DNA of 62,640 nt, from the NCBI GenBank assembly GCA_963932905.1, contig CAWVRN010000029.1, forward strand, positions 1 to 62,640, given 5' to 3'. The position numbers and the translations under genes are program-made. A model generated the notes under the pieces. It was not told the origin of the DNA. It made no database searches and was given only the letters and a program-made list of their open reading frames with translations. This DNA is from an uncultured Bdellovibrio sp. GTDB lineage: Bacteria > Bdellovibrionota > Bdellovibrionia > Bdellovibrionales > Bdellovibrionaceae. Positions 10,260-19,737 of the stretch are shown here, piece after piece (position 1 is the stretch's first letter; each line of letters begins with the position of its first letter).

Positions 10260-10943
10260 TTATTTCTTAAGGGCGGCTTGATCGTTGACCCATTTTTGAA
10301 AGGTCTGGTTGATATCACTGATGCGACAGACCTTTTCCAAATAGTCTTCCATTTTTCTTTGCACGCTTAATCGTAATAAATTTCTAAAATCACATCGGGC
10401 ATTTAGCATCTCTGCTAACGCTTGCGATGTGGTGTAATGATTTAAAATATCTTGCTCGTTGCCTTTCATCGGATGAGTCATCTTTGTAACGTCTTTAGGA
10501 AGAGAAAGTTTTGCCATGGATTTATAATCGACTTTGCCGAAATTAGCGATGTGATTGGCCATGCCTTCTTCAAGCCATTTTGGAATCGCGTCTTTGTATT
10601 TCTGTGCCGAAGTAATATGAACTAGTTCGTGTCCAAACACGCGATCAAAATTGCTGTCGACGACTTTTGGTCCAAGTAGAATTCGATTTTGTCCACGTTG
10701 AGTAACGGCCAGTGCCATAGGACCAAGTGAATGGGCCGCTTCGAATTCTTTTTGATTTTGATACCATTTTACATCAACCCGGCGGATATCCCATTCCATA
10801 ATGCGGGTCACTGAGTCGGCAATGCGATTAACCCTGGAAAGATTTAGCCATTTCGGAGCCTCATTAAAACGGGCACAGTTTGTGAGTAGATCGGCCGAAA
10901 AACCAGTTGAAGCAAATAAAAGAGTGAAAAAATAAATCTTCAT
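10260..10943 (-). CDS. Secreted gluzincin-type zinc metallopeptidase (peptidase MA-like)
   Basis: Signal peptide; HELVH followed by PKWLEEGMA. Confidence 0.7.
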   Translation of the reverse strand: MKIYFFTLLFASTGFSADLLTNCARFNEAPKWLNLSRVNRIADSVTRIMEWDIRRVDVKWYQNQKEFEAAHSLGPMALAVTQRGQNRILLGPKVVDSNFDRVFGHELVHITSAQKYKDAIPKWLEEGMANHIANFGKVDYKSMAKLSLPKDVTKMTHPMKGNEQDILNHYTTSQALAEMLNARCDFRNLLRLSVQRKMEDYLEKVCRISDINQTFQKWVNDQAALKK

Positions 10944-12742
10944 GTTTTAAGCGGAATTTCCATTACGAAACAAGTTTGCGGATCATTCGGTACGAATCTC
11001 ATATTACCATGATGTTCGCGCATAATTCCAAGAGAAATAGATAAACCTAGCCCAGTTCCCGCGCCAGGAGCTTTGGTTGTAAAAAATGGTTCCATTAAAC
11101 GTGATTGTACATCTTGTGGGATGACCGGGCCAGTGTCACGTACATACAGCAAAAGAAAATTTTTAGTCACTTCAAAGCTGATTGATATTTCGCGGACGTC
11201 TTGATTTTTTACAGCATCCACACTGTTATTAAGAAGATTTAAAAGCACTTGCGATAGTTGGGATTCGCGGCAAACAATGACTACTTTTGGAATTTCGGCA
11301 ACTTTGAGTTGAATCGAATGGGAAAGCAAAGTTTGGCGGCATAATTCCAGCGATTCATTAAGCCAAGCGGACAAACTGACTTCAAAGAACGGGTCTTGAG
11401 TGCCATTGCGCGAAAATGATCGCAGAGAACTGATAATTTTCGCGATTCGATTTGATGTGTTCAAAATTTTCCCCAGATCTTGGCTGAGTAAATTCATATC
11501 AATTGTTTTTTGCTTGTCGACGATGCGTTTGAGTCCATTAGCTTTACCTACGATAATAGCCAGAGGGTTGTTGATCTCGTGAGCCATTCCGGCAGCCATG
11601 CGACCTAGCGCTGACATTTTTGCATTCTGTATTAGACTCTGTTGCATATAGTAGTCATTCAGAAATGCCCGACGCAGCCAAAAAACTAAAAGCGTGCATA
11701 GAAGAGAGAATACAATCAACGGTGACATTTTTTTAATGGTTAACCACTTCAATTCATTTGTGGCGACAAAATAGACCAGAGTGGAACTCAGTTCAGGAAA
11801 ATCTTCGTAGTAAACTAAATTGCTATCTAGATCTGTCAGGTTAGAAAAGTTTTGATTCTTAGAATATTTTGCCAAATTTATTAAATTAGCCGGCACCAAA
11901 TCGCTAGCTTTTGAAATTTTCTTATCTGCTGATTCGACACTGGATGGATCCGCTAACACTTGCTCTGCATGATTGTATAGGACGAGTTTACCAATTGGTA
12001 AATTACGATTCTTTAAAACTGAATTGAATTGGTCTATGGTGACATCCATAGAAACAGAGCCCTTGAATGTGTCACGATCGTAGACAGGTTCTGAATAAGT
12101 GACCATGAGTCCCAACCCAGCCTCGTCTACGTAGACCGAAGTCCAAAAACCCTGACGATTGGAATTGTTTTCAGGAAGGGCGTTTCTATAGAATTCTTTT
12201 TCAGCAACGATCGATTTAGAAAAGAAAAACTCATGTGGGTCAATGTAAGGTGCTAAATACATAAAGTCGTTACTTGTGTAATAAAACCAGGGCGAACTTT
12301 TAATTTCAAAAAGGCTAGGGGCAAAATAAGCTCCCAATTCCAATGCCATATTGATTTCAATCCGTTTGTCAGCAGAAAACGAGGCTAAACGAGAGTGAGT
12401 GGTCAGATTGCCCATCTTTTGTTGAATATAGCCGTCCGGCAGGCCCTCTAAATAGGTACCTTTGATTTTCGGATCGTACTTTAAATACTTCAGCCAGGGA
12501 CTCGTCTTCTCACGTGAAAAGAGAAAATAATTCTCTGCAAATTTTCTTCCGGTAGCAACAAATTTAGTGATCAGCTGAGTTTCCATACGAAGGCTAGCGT
12601 GGATGTCATTGAATTGATTTAAAATCGAATGACCCTGTTGAATCATACCTGAATTAAACTCGCGATAGACTGAGAACAGGATGGTTAAGCAAATGACAAA
12701 GGCGATGAGGTTTACTTTATTTTCAAAACTATCCAGTTTCAT
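10940..12742 (-). CDS. Sensor histidine kinase with periplasmic dCache domain (NtrB-like core)
   Basis: Two TMs; WTSVYVDEAGLGLMVTYSEPVY; AHEINNPL; PFFTTK, GTGLGL. Confidence 0.92.
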   Translation of the reverse strand: MKLDSFENKVNLIAFVICLTILFSVYREFNSGMIQQGHSILNQFNDIHASLRMETQLITKFVATGRKFAENYFLFSREKTSPWLKYLKYDPKIKGTYLEGLPDGYIQQKMGNLTTHSRLASFSADKRIEINMALELGAYFAPSLFEIKSSPWFYYTSNDFMYLAPYIDPHEFFFSKSIVAEKEFYRNALPENNSNRQGFWTSVYVDEAGLGLMVTYSEPVYDRDTFKGSVSMDVTIDQFNSVLKNRNLPIGKLVLYNHAEQVLADPSSVESADKKISKASDLVPANLINLAKYSKNQNFSNLTDLDSNLVYYEDFPELSSTLVYFVATNELKWLTIKKMSPLIVFSLLCTLLVFWLRRAFLNDYYMQQSLIQNAKMSALGRMAAGMAHEINNPLAIIVGKANGLKRIVDKQKTIDMNLLSQDLGKILNTSNRIAKIISSLRSFSRNGTQDPFFEVSLSAWLNESLELCRQTLLSHSIQLKVAEIPKVVIVCRESQLSQVLLNLLNNSVDAVKNQDVREISISFEVTKNFLLLYVRDTGPVIPQDVQSRLMEPFFTTKAPGAGTGLGLSISLGIMREHHGNMRFVPNDPQTCFVMEIPLKT

Positions 12743-12842
12743 ATTTTTCTCAGTTTCCGGTGAACTTGTAGCCTAACGACGGATAGTCGTTCGCGCAGCC
12801 GGTAAGGGCAGTTAAAAGCAGATTCAAAAAGCGTATATGCTT

Positions 12843-12870
12843 TTATCGGCAAGACCTCAGGAAGTATTAA
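12843..12870 (-). promoter_or_regulatory. Putative sigma28 (FliA) promoter for the kinase-peptidase operon
   Basis: Minus strand TTAA-N16-GCCGATAA (consensus -10). Confidence 0.6.
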
Positions 12871-13004
12871 AAAGATCTATGTTAAGTTATTAATTTGAAA
12901 CGGTATTTGAGTAGTGGATGTTTCATATTGATATAAGTTTTTGCTCCACTCTGGGATTCGATTTCGCTAGCCGGTCTAAGCAAGTCTTGCTACAGTTTTT
13001 TCAT

Positions 13005-14117
13005 ATGGAAATCAGCGAATTCAAATCTCATTTTTTCTACTCTAAAGAACACTGTAATTTAAACAATGCTGGTCAGGCTTTGATTCCTGATGTGAATCAA
13101 AAAATAGCGACCCAATGGCTTGAACGCTTCTATAAAGAAGGTGCTGCCTGTTCGATGGCGGGTTGGGCGCAGACCGAAGTCGTTCGTGAAAAACTGGCAA
13201 AATTTTTGGGCGCTGATGTGAATGAACTGGCCTACTTTCAGACGACGGCGTCGGCCTTGTCACAGGCTGCGTTTGGAATTCCGCTGCAAGAGGAGGATGA
13301 AATTCTAACTTGGGATCAAGAATACCCTTCTAATTTCTATCCTTGGCGGATGGCTGCACAGAATGCGGGAGCTAATGTTATTCAAATGAAATCGACACAT
13401 TGGCAGACGCCGACGGAAACGATTCTAGCCAGTGTGACATCAAAAACCAAAGTCATCGCGATTTCCTGGGTGCAATACTCGACGGGCGCGGTCAGTGACT
13501 TGGCGGCGATTTCAAAAGCAGTTAAAGGTAAAGGGATTTGGTTAGTCGCTGATATTATTCAAGGCGCTGGCGTTCGGCCTTTTAATTTCAAAGAGTGTGG
13601 TTTTGATATAGTTTGTGGAGGCAGTCATAAATGGTTGTGTTCATCCTATGGCGGCGGTTACATGCTGATCAAAAAAGAAAGACTGTTGGACATAACGCCG
13701 ATTGAATTGGGAGCCATGACATACGGTGATCCCGATACGGTGAAAAGTTTTACTAGCGAACCAAAAAAGACGCCGCACCGATTTGAACCGGGATCCAAAG
13801 CCATGATCGAAGTGAACGCGATGGGCGCCACAATAGATTTATTTAGCGAATTTGGAATTGAAAATATTTATAAAGAAGCGTCTCGGCTGGCCGATCGCCT
13901 GCGTGACGGCATCAAATCGGCGGGTGGTGAGTTGTTCTGCGCCGGTGGTCCTATCGTAAATTTCAAATTTTCCACGCCTGAAAAGCAAAAAGACATCGAA
14001 ACTAGGTTAACTTCCGCACGAATCGCCTACGCGAAACGAGGCCCTGGAGTTCGATTGTCTCCCCATGCCTATAACAAAGACGAAGAAATTGATTTGGTAC
14101 TAAACCTACTAAAATAG
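13005..14117 (+). CDS. Class V PLP-dependent aminotransferase (cysteine desulfurase-like)
   Basis: LNNAG, EYPSN, VADIIQGAG, GGSHKWL, RLSPHAYN; start moved from 12918 to ATG 13005, behind extended -10 TGCTACAGT. Confidence 0.85.
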   Translation: MEISEFKSHFFYSKEHCNLNNAGQALIPDVNQKIATQWLERFYKEGAACSMAGWAQTEVVREKLAKFLGADVNELAYFQTTASALSQAAFGIPLQEEDEILTWDQEYPSNFYPWRMAAQNAGANVIQMKSTHWQTPTETILASVTSKTKVIAISWVQYSTGAVSDLAAISKAVKGKGIWLVADIIQGAGVRPFNFKECGFDIVCGGSHKWLCSSYGGGYMLIKKERLLDITPIELGAMTYGDPDTVKSFTSEPKKTPHRFEPGSKAMIEVNAMGATIDLFSEFGIENIYKEASRLADRLRDGIKSAGGELFCAGGPIVNFKFSTPEKQKDIETRLTSARIAYAKRGPGVRLSPHAYNKDEEIDLVLNLLK

Positions 14118-14125
14118 GAACGAGT

Positions 14126-14569
14126 ATGACCCCTCAAGAATTACAAGATTTGTTGAATCAAGAAATTCCGATCACAAAATCGATGGGCCTTGATGTAATC
14201 AAGTCGACCTCCGATGAAGTGATTTTGAAATTTAAACTGGATGCAAATAAGAATCACAAAGGGACGGCGTTTGGTGGCAGTCAGTATTCTGCTTGTGCGC
14301 TGTCTTGTTATGGATTGTTTCTGGTGGGTTTGCGTGATCGTGGCTATACGACGAACAATATCGTGATTTCTGATGGGAAGATTAGTTACAACGCGCCTGT
14401 GGGGGAAAACTTTTTGGCTAAGGCATCGTGGTCTTTGGAATCTCAGACCGAGTTTTTTGATAAGCTTTCTCGTAAGCAAAAGGCTAAGGTGACTTTGAGA
14501 GCTCAAGTGGAATCTAAATCTAAGGTCTGCACGGAGTTCGAAGGGGACTTTGTCGCTATCCTCGAATAA
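14126..14569 (+). CDS. Hotdog-fold thioesterase (YiiD C-terminal-like)
   Basis: IPITKSMG, NKNHKGTAFGGS. Confidence 0.85.
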   Translation: MTPQELQDLLNQEIPITKSMGLDVIKSTSDEVILKFKLDANKNHKGTAFGGSQYSACALSCYGLFLVGLRDRGYTTNNIVISDGKISYNAPVGENFLAKASWSLESQTEFFDKLSRKQKAKVTLRAQVESKSKVCTEFEGDFVAILE

Positions 14570-14582
14570 TTGAAGACCTTAG

Positions 14583-14821
14583 TTTAAAAGTTGAGAGTTC
14601 TTTTGTGTTTCCTTCGCTAGGGCCAGGGGTGCGAGCGGGGTCTTCCTTTTTTTGAGATTTCTTTTTTAAGGTATATGGAAAAGCCTCGGCAGTCCTCGCC
14701 GGCGCTGAACGCCTGTCTGCGGAACTCATTTTTCCATATACCTTAAAAAAGAAATCTCAAAAAAAGGAAGACCGATCTTGAATTGGCGCTACGGAAATAC
14801 AAAGGGACACTCGACTTTTAA
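14583..14821 (+). repeat. Nested palindromic element A (~240 bp)
   Basis: Perfect 44-bp inverted arms 14639-14682/14730-14773 around a 47-nt loop; imperfect outer stem ~14583-14612/14793-14821. Confidence 0.9.
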
Positions 14822-14866
14822 AATTATCCAAGCGGAGACGCCTTAGTCATAATTTTTTTAATGATC

Positions 14867-14953
14867 AAAAAGAAAAACCCCGCTGGGGGAAGCAGGGTTT
14901 GTTGGGGGGAGAAGGGCCGTCTTTGGGGGAAAGACTTTGTGGCCGCTTCTGTC
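14867..14953 (-). ncRNA. Candidate ~87-nt sRNA with three C-rich tracts and an intrinsic terminator
   Basis: Sigma54 motif upstream; stem GUCUUU-CCCCC-AAAGAC, linker CCCCCC, terminator AAACCCUGCU-UCCCCC-AGCGGGGUUU then U-run; no ORF. Confidence 0.65.
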
Positions 14954-14963
14954 TTTATAGTAG

Positions 14964-14979
14964 TGCAACGACCAAGCCA
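14964..14979 (-). promoter_or_regulatory. Putative sigma54 promoter
   Basis: Minus strand TGGCTTGGTCGTTGCA: GG-N10-GC with TGGC and TTGC. Confidence 0.65.
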
Positions 14980-15116
14980 TAACGGTGTGGGTTATTTCAT
15001 TTATAAATCTAATTAAACTACTCAGGCCAAGAAAGTTACTTTTCGCGCACGACCATCACTGCGAAGTTTACGTACCAAAAAAAGATGTCTCGAAATGAAA
15101 TAAAAAAAGGGCGAAG

Positions 15117-15158
15117 CTAGGCGCTCGCAGCTAGGCGCCCCCGACTAGGCGCCCCCGA
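15117..15158 (+). repeat. 14-bp tandem repeat, 3 units
   Basis: CTAGGCGCTCGCAG, CTAGGCGCCCCCGA, CTAGGCGCCCCCGA. Confidence 0.85.
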
Positions 15159-15167
15159 CGCGGGTAA

Positions 15168-15401
15168 AAAATTGAGAATTAAGAAAATCTGTTTTTCAAA
15201 GATTTCAAATCAAGCTCGGTCTTCCTATTCTGGATTCGTGAATTAAAGGCTTGAAAAAATGAGTTCCACAGCCGGCGCAAAGCGCACGGCGAGGATTGCC
15301 GAGGCTTTTTCAAGCCTTTAATTCACGAATCCAGAATAGGAAGACCTCCATCTCGACCTGAAGCCGTCTTTGGAAAATAGATCTTCTTAACTCTCAATTT
15401 T
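15168..15401 (-). repeat. Nested palindromic element B, same family as A, opposite orientation
   Basis: Perfect 41-bp arms 15218-15258/15306-15346 around a 47-nt loop whose reverse complement closely matches loop A; ~36-bp imperfect outer stem. Confidence 0.9.
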
Positions 15402-15420
15402 GGGAATATTATTTCAAGAT

Positions 15421-16161
15421 CTAGGATGCCCCAATCTCCACAAATTCACGAACAAACTCTGTCTTGGGTGATTTCTGAATCTCCAAAGGCGTCCCAATTT
15501 GCTCGATTTGTCCTTTGTTCATCACAACAACCTTGTCACTCATTTGAAAGGCTTCTCTTTGATCATGTGTCACGTAAACCAAAGTCAGTTTCAAACGCTG
15601 CTGAATTTCTCTAATGTCTCGTCGCATTTTTTCGCGCAGCTTGGCATCCAGATTTGACAGAGGTTCGTCTAACAAAAGAATTCTTGGTTTCATCACCAGG
15701 CCCCGCGCTAAAGCCACGCGTTGCTGTTGGCCGCCCGACAATTCATTAGGTTTTCTTTTATCTAAGCCATCGAGTTCGACGATTTTTAATACGTCTGAGA
15801 CTTCTTTCAGGATTGTGCTCTTATTTAGTTTTTGAAACTTCAACGGGTAGGCCACGTTTTCAAAAACATTCATGTGCGGCCAAACGGCGTAGGACTGAAA
15901 CATCATTCCGACGTGGCGTTTTTCAGGTGGTAAGTATTTTTTATTTTCTGGATCAGACACAATATCGTTGTCGAACTTGATTACACCATGGGTGTTTTCT
16001 TCTAAGCCAGCAATCATTCGTAGTGTAGTTGTCTTGCCGCAGCCAGAAGGACCTAGAAAACTGACGAATTCACCATTTGCGATAGAAAGGTTGAAATCTT
16101 TTACGGCCCAGATATTACCGTTAAATAGTTTTCCGACGTTAGTAAACTGTAACTGACTCAT
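15421..16161 (-). CDS. ABC transporter ATP-binding protein (FbpC/PotA-like)
   Basis: GPSGCGKTT, LSGGQQQR, LLLDEP, YVTHD. Confidence 0.95.
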   Translation of the reverse strand: MSQLQFTNVGKLFNGNIWAVKDFNLSIANGEFVSFLGPSGCGKTTTLRMIAGLEENTHGVIKFDNDIVSDPENKKYLPPEKRHVGMMFQSYAVWPHMNVFENVAYPLKFQKLNKSTILKEVSDVLKIVELDGLDKRKPNELSGGQQQRVALARGLVMKPRILLLDEPLSNLDAKLREKMRRDIREIQQRLKLTLVYVTHDQREAFQMSDKVVVMNKGQIEQIGTPLEIQKSPKTEFVREFVEIGAS

Positions 16162-17783
16162 AGTCCGTAGCGTCCTTTCGATAATTTTTTTAGAGCGAAG
16201 TTAAGACTGAAAATAATAAATACGACTAATAATGATAACACCGAAGCGCCGCCGCCAGCGACGTCGGAATATTCCTGGAGCGAAAATATTAACGTGCCCA
16301 CTGTCTCTAGTCCTGGGCCAGTCAGTAATATTGTCATCGTCAGTTCACTCATGACCGGCATGAAAATAAAAAATGCCGATGCGATAAGAGAAGATTTTAA
16401 GAGGGGTAGATAAATCGTGCACAGTACGGCGTGAAAGCCGGCACCGGAAACACGTGCGGCTTCTTCAAGTGACGGATGAATTTGCGAATAGCCATCTTGC
16501 ATAGTCTTAATACTTAAACTCATGTATTTTACGATGTAAGCGATTAGTATCATTCCTAGAGTGTTGTACAGCGAGGGACCGATTCCAAAGTAGCCCTGGC
16601 TGAATGTCAAAATCAGCGCGAGGGCTAGGACGCTACCCGGTGTTGAAAATGGAATCGATGCCAATATTCCCGGAAGACTGCGGCCGCGTAAAACGGTCTT
16701 AACGGGGAAATAGGCGGCGAAAAAACTAAATACAGTGCAAATGGCCGCCGCGCTGAATCCCAAAACTAAAGAGTTTGTGATGGCGCGAAGAGTTTCTTCC
16801 GTTTGGAATAGTACGCGATAAAAATTATTGAAACTTAAATTGTCCAGTGACCAGTGACCCTGAACCGAACTCAATGCGGAAATCAGTAAACCCAACAGTG
16901 GTAATATAAACACGGCAAACAATAACACGGAAAGTAAAATGAAAACGGGCCAAGTCGCCTGCCTTAAAGGCAAAAGTGATGGGCGTGTTGATTTACCACC
17001 TACCAAATAGGATTTTTGTTTTTCCATCGTATTTTGAACAATGAAAAGCAGAACAAGCGTTGCGATCATTAGTAAAACAGAAACACCGACAGCCATCTGA
17101 ACACCTTGTGCTGTGCCCATACGCTGAGAGGTGTATATTTGTGTTGTCATTAAATACAAACGAGCTGGTCCACCAATCATGGCCGGTACGCCAAAACTAG
17201 CGGCCGTTGCTAAAAAAGATAACACAAATCCGTTAAAAATCGCTGGACGCAGCAGCGGCAAAGAAATATCGCGAAACACGTGCCATGCATTCGCACCCGA
17301 TAGTCGAGCGGCTTCTTCCAGTGATGAATCCATGCGGTCGAGTGCTGTCAGAGTGGTGAGTAAAACAAATGTAAACAAGAAGCTGGTTTCAACCCAAACG
17401 AGTCCCCAAAACGAATAAATATTCAGACCCAAACCAAAAACAGTATTTAATATACCGCTATTGGGATTAGCTAAAATAATCCATCCAATCGCACCCACAT
17501 AGGGTGGGATAGCATAGGGTAGGCAGAACCAAGTCCTCAGTTTTTCCTTAAATGGTAAATGAGTGCGGGTTAGTAGCCATGCCAGTGGTACACCCAAAAC
17601 AACGCAGCAGAAGCCAACGGCAAGGGACACTGATATCGTATTTTGAATGGCTTTGATTTGATTGGGATGAGTCAAAATCTCTAAAAATTGTGAATGGCTT
17701 GGTAAGCTGACCAGATACGCTAGCGGTGCGATGAAAATCAATAGGACCACTAGCCATACGAAAGAATATAAAATTTTACGCAT
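16158..17783 (-). CDS. ABC transporter permease (FbpB/ThiP-like, duplicated domain)
   Basis: Multi-TM with two EAA loops (LEEAARLSGA, LEEAARVSGA). Confidence 0.92.
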   Translation of the reverse strand: MRKILYSFVWLVVLLIFIAPLAYLVSLPSHSQFLEILTHPNQIKAIQNTISVSLAVGFCCVVLGVPLAWLLTRTHLPFKEKLRTWFCLPYAIPPYVGAIGWIILANPNSGILNTVFGLGLNIYSFWGLVWVETSFLFTFVLLTTLTALDRMDSSLEEAARLSGANAWHVFRDISLPLLRPAIFNGFVLSFLATAASFGVPAMIGGPARLYLMTTQIYTSQRMGTAQGVQMAVGVSVLLMIATLVLLFIVQNTMEKQKSYLVGGKSTRPSLLPLRQATWPVFILLSVLLFAVFILPLLGLLISALSSVQGHWSLDNLSFNNFYRVLFQTEETLRAITNSLVLGFSAAAICTVFSFFAAYFPVKTVLRGRSLPGILASIPFSTPGSVLALALILTFSQGYFGIGPSLYNTLGMILIAYIVKYMSLSIKTMQDGYSQIHPSLEEAARVSGAGFHAVLCTIYLPLLKSSLIASAFFIFMPVMSELTMTILLTGPGLETVGTLIFSLQEYSDVAGGGASVLSLLVVFIIFSLNFALKKLSKGRYGL

Positions 17784-18790
17784 TAGAATACGATTTTAGA
17801 AAACTCGTCTTTGATTTTTTCGCGAGACGACATGGTTTCCTTCACAAATTCTTTTGACCAGCTGGGGGCCGTTTTCATCACGACTGAAAATTCAGGTGCA
17901 CCGACGGGAGCGGGTCCGCCTGGAACCGACGGGTACATGAAAGATTTTGCCATCGCTTCTTGGCCTTTTTGTGCAAAAAACCAGTCAGCTATTTTTTTCG
18001 CGATCGTTTGGTCGCCCTCTTTTTTAATGATTCCAAGTACATTGGATTGAACAATGGCGCCATCTTCCGGCAACGTGTGTTTAACTCGTGGATCGGTTGT
18101 TGAAAGACGTAATACATTTTCTAAAAGGACGATGCCAACGGGGCGTTCTTTACTTTGCAATCTGCGTACAACTCCGGAATTGCCACCTTCCGCAATTAAA
18201 TCATTTTTGCGAAGGTCTTTGAAAAAATCCCAACCGTACAATTTTGCTAGGAAAGCAACCGTCGTAAACGCGGTACCAGATGCTAAAGGACTGCCCGTCG
18301 AGATTTTGCCTTTCCATTTTGGCAGAGTTAATTCTTTGAACGACTTAGGTGCGTCTTTTTCCGCCACAACATCAGAATTGTAAGCTAGGACCATAATGGG
18401 GAAACTCACAGTGGTAAAAGCCCCATCTGTATTTTTGAAAGCTGAATCCACTTTATCTGAGTTGGCGGGTTTATAATTTAATAATTTGTTTTGGGTCGCC
18501 ATTGTTTCAAACCAAAAGCGATCAGAAAATATTAAAACATCGGCTTGAATTTTTCCGGCCATGTCTTCGGCTTGAACTTTGGCGGCGACATCTTCTGAGC
18601 CCGCTTGATAAAAATTAAATTTTACACCGGGGAATTCTTTTTCTAACTGCGGTTGAATTTCAGCCACTGTATCTTTGTATAGCGAGGTGTAAATCCAAAC
18701 GGTCGGTTCCGATGATTTGTTTGTGCATGAAGAGAGTGCAAATGTGCCGATGGCCGCAGCTAAAAGAAAGGCTAAACTCGTTTTTTTCAT
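17783..18790 (-). CDS. ABC transporter substrate-binding lipoprotein (Fe3+/thiamine class)
   Basis: Lipobox LSSC; WIYTS, PKSFKEL...WKGKI, SPLASGT; operon context. Confidence 0.88.
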   Translation of the reverse strand: MKKTSLAFLLAAAIGTFALSSCTNKSSEPTVWIYTSLYKDTVAEIQPQLEKEFPGVKFNFYQAGSEDVAAKVQAEDMAGKIQADVLIFSDRFWFETMATQNKLLNYKPANSDKVDSAFKNTDGAFTTVSFPIMVLAYNSDVVAEKDAPKSFKELTLPKWKGKISTGSPLASGTAFTTVAFLAKLYGWDFFKDLRKNDLIAEGGNSGVVRRLQSKERPVGIVLLENVLRLSTTDPRVKHTLPEDGAIVQSNVLGIIKKEGDQTIAKKIADWFFAQKGQEAMAKSFMYPSVPGGPAPVGAPEFSVVMKTAPSWSKEFVKETMSSREKIKDEFSKIVF

Positions 18791-18885
18791 AGCACCAAGT
18801 AGACCAAATAAACTTAATTTCGTGCAATCATTCTTGCCAGTGACGCCCCGTTATATTATATGATGATTGTGTTAAGGAAATACCT

Positions 18886-19275
18886 ATGAAAACAAGTGCA
18901 GAATTGAAAGAACAATTAGGACAAATTTCATCCGCAATGGCGCGTGTTCATAAAACCATTATGGAAAATGAAATGGAACTGCGTGAACTAAAAACGATGA
19001 AACCACTGGGTCCAAATGAACGCCTGCAAGTATTGTTGAATGATCCGGAGTTTGCGTGGCTTAGAAGTTTAAGCCAATTGATGAGCACTGTGGACGAAGT
19101 CTATTTCCAAAAAGAACCAATTGAAAATGATCAAGTCGAGGTTTTAAAAAAGTCTGTGAACGAACTTTTGATTCAAGTCACAGATACACCTTTTTCTAAG
19201 AAATATCGCAGTCTAATTCCTGTTGTTCCTGATTTGATGTTGCATCATGGATTATTAAAACAAGCTCTGAATTGA
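18886..19275 (+). CDS. Hypothetical helical protein
   Basis: SD AAGGA; clean 129-aa ORF (LLNDPEFAWLRSLS). Confidence 0.75.
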   Translation: MKTSAELKEQLGQISSAMARVHKTIMENEMELRELKTMKPLGPNERLQVLLNDPEFAWLRSLSQLMSTVDEVYFQKEPIENDQVEVLKKSVNELLIQVTDTPFSKKYRSLIPVVPDLMLHHGLLKQALN

Positions 19276-19458
19276 AATTGCCGGTTAACATCTTGAGGTA
19301 AATGGCAGCGCTTAAAGGGGACATATTCCTCTCAAGACATGACGAGAGCGAAATTAGCCTAGGTTCGCTGTTGGAACGCAATTTGTACTAGTGGTTGGCG
19401 TAACTAAAGATGAAGCGATGGCGCTTCATCAAAGACGTTTCAATACAAGGAGCAAACG

Positions 19459-19653
19459 ATGGCGAATTCAAAAAATCAAAACTTCCCTCAGAAACCAAAC
19501 AAAGAATCACTCAGCCAAAAAGCAGGTGATATGGTTGAGCGCGCTGGCGAAAAAATTAAAAACGCCGGAGCTGAAAAGCTGGGGAGTGCCGTTTATAAAG
19601 CGGGTAATAAGCTTGAACATATGGACGAAAAAAACAAAAAATCGTCTCACTAG
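19459..19653 (+). CDS. Small hydrophilic protein, general-stress/CsbD-like
   Basis: SD AAGGAG; KAGDMVERAGEKI...KAGNKLEH pattern. Confidence 0.65.
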   Translation: MANSKNQNFPQKPNKESLSQKAGDMVERAGEKIKNAGAEKLGSAVYKAGNKLEHMDEKNKKSSH

Positions 19654-19694
19654 TAAACTAAATAGTATTTAGTTTAATTAGTTCGAAGACGTCA

Positions 19695-19737
19695 GGAAGG
19701 TGGGGTATCCGATGTGATATTTCACCTTCCTTATTTT
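19695..19737. terminator. Hairpin between convergent genes
   Basis: GGAAGGTGGGGTATC/GATATTTCACCTTCC then TTATTTT. Confidence 0.55.

Noticed and set aside
14583..15401. CRISPR array or retron msr-msd interpretation of the hairpins and repeats
   Set aside because: No direct repeat-spacer periodicity, no cas genes and no reverse transcriptase in the window.
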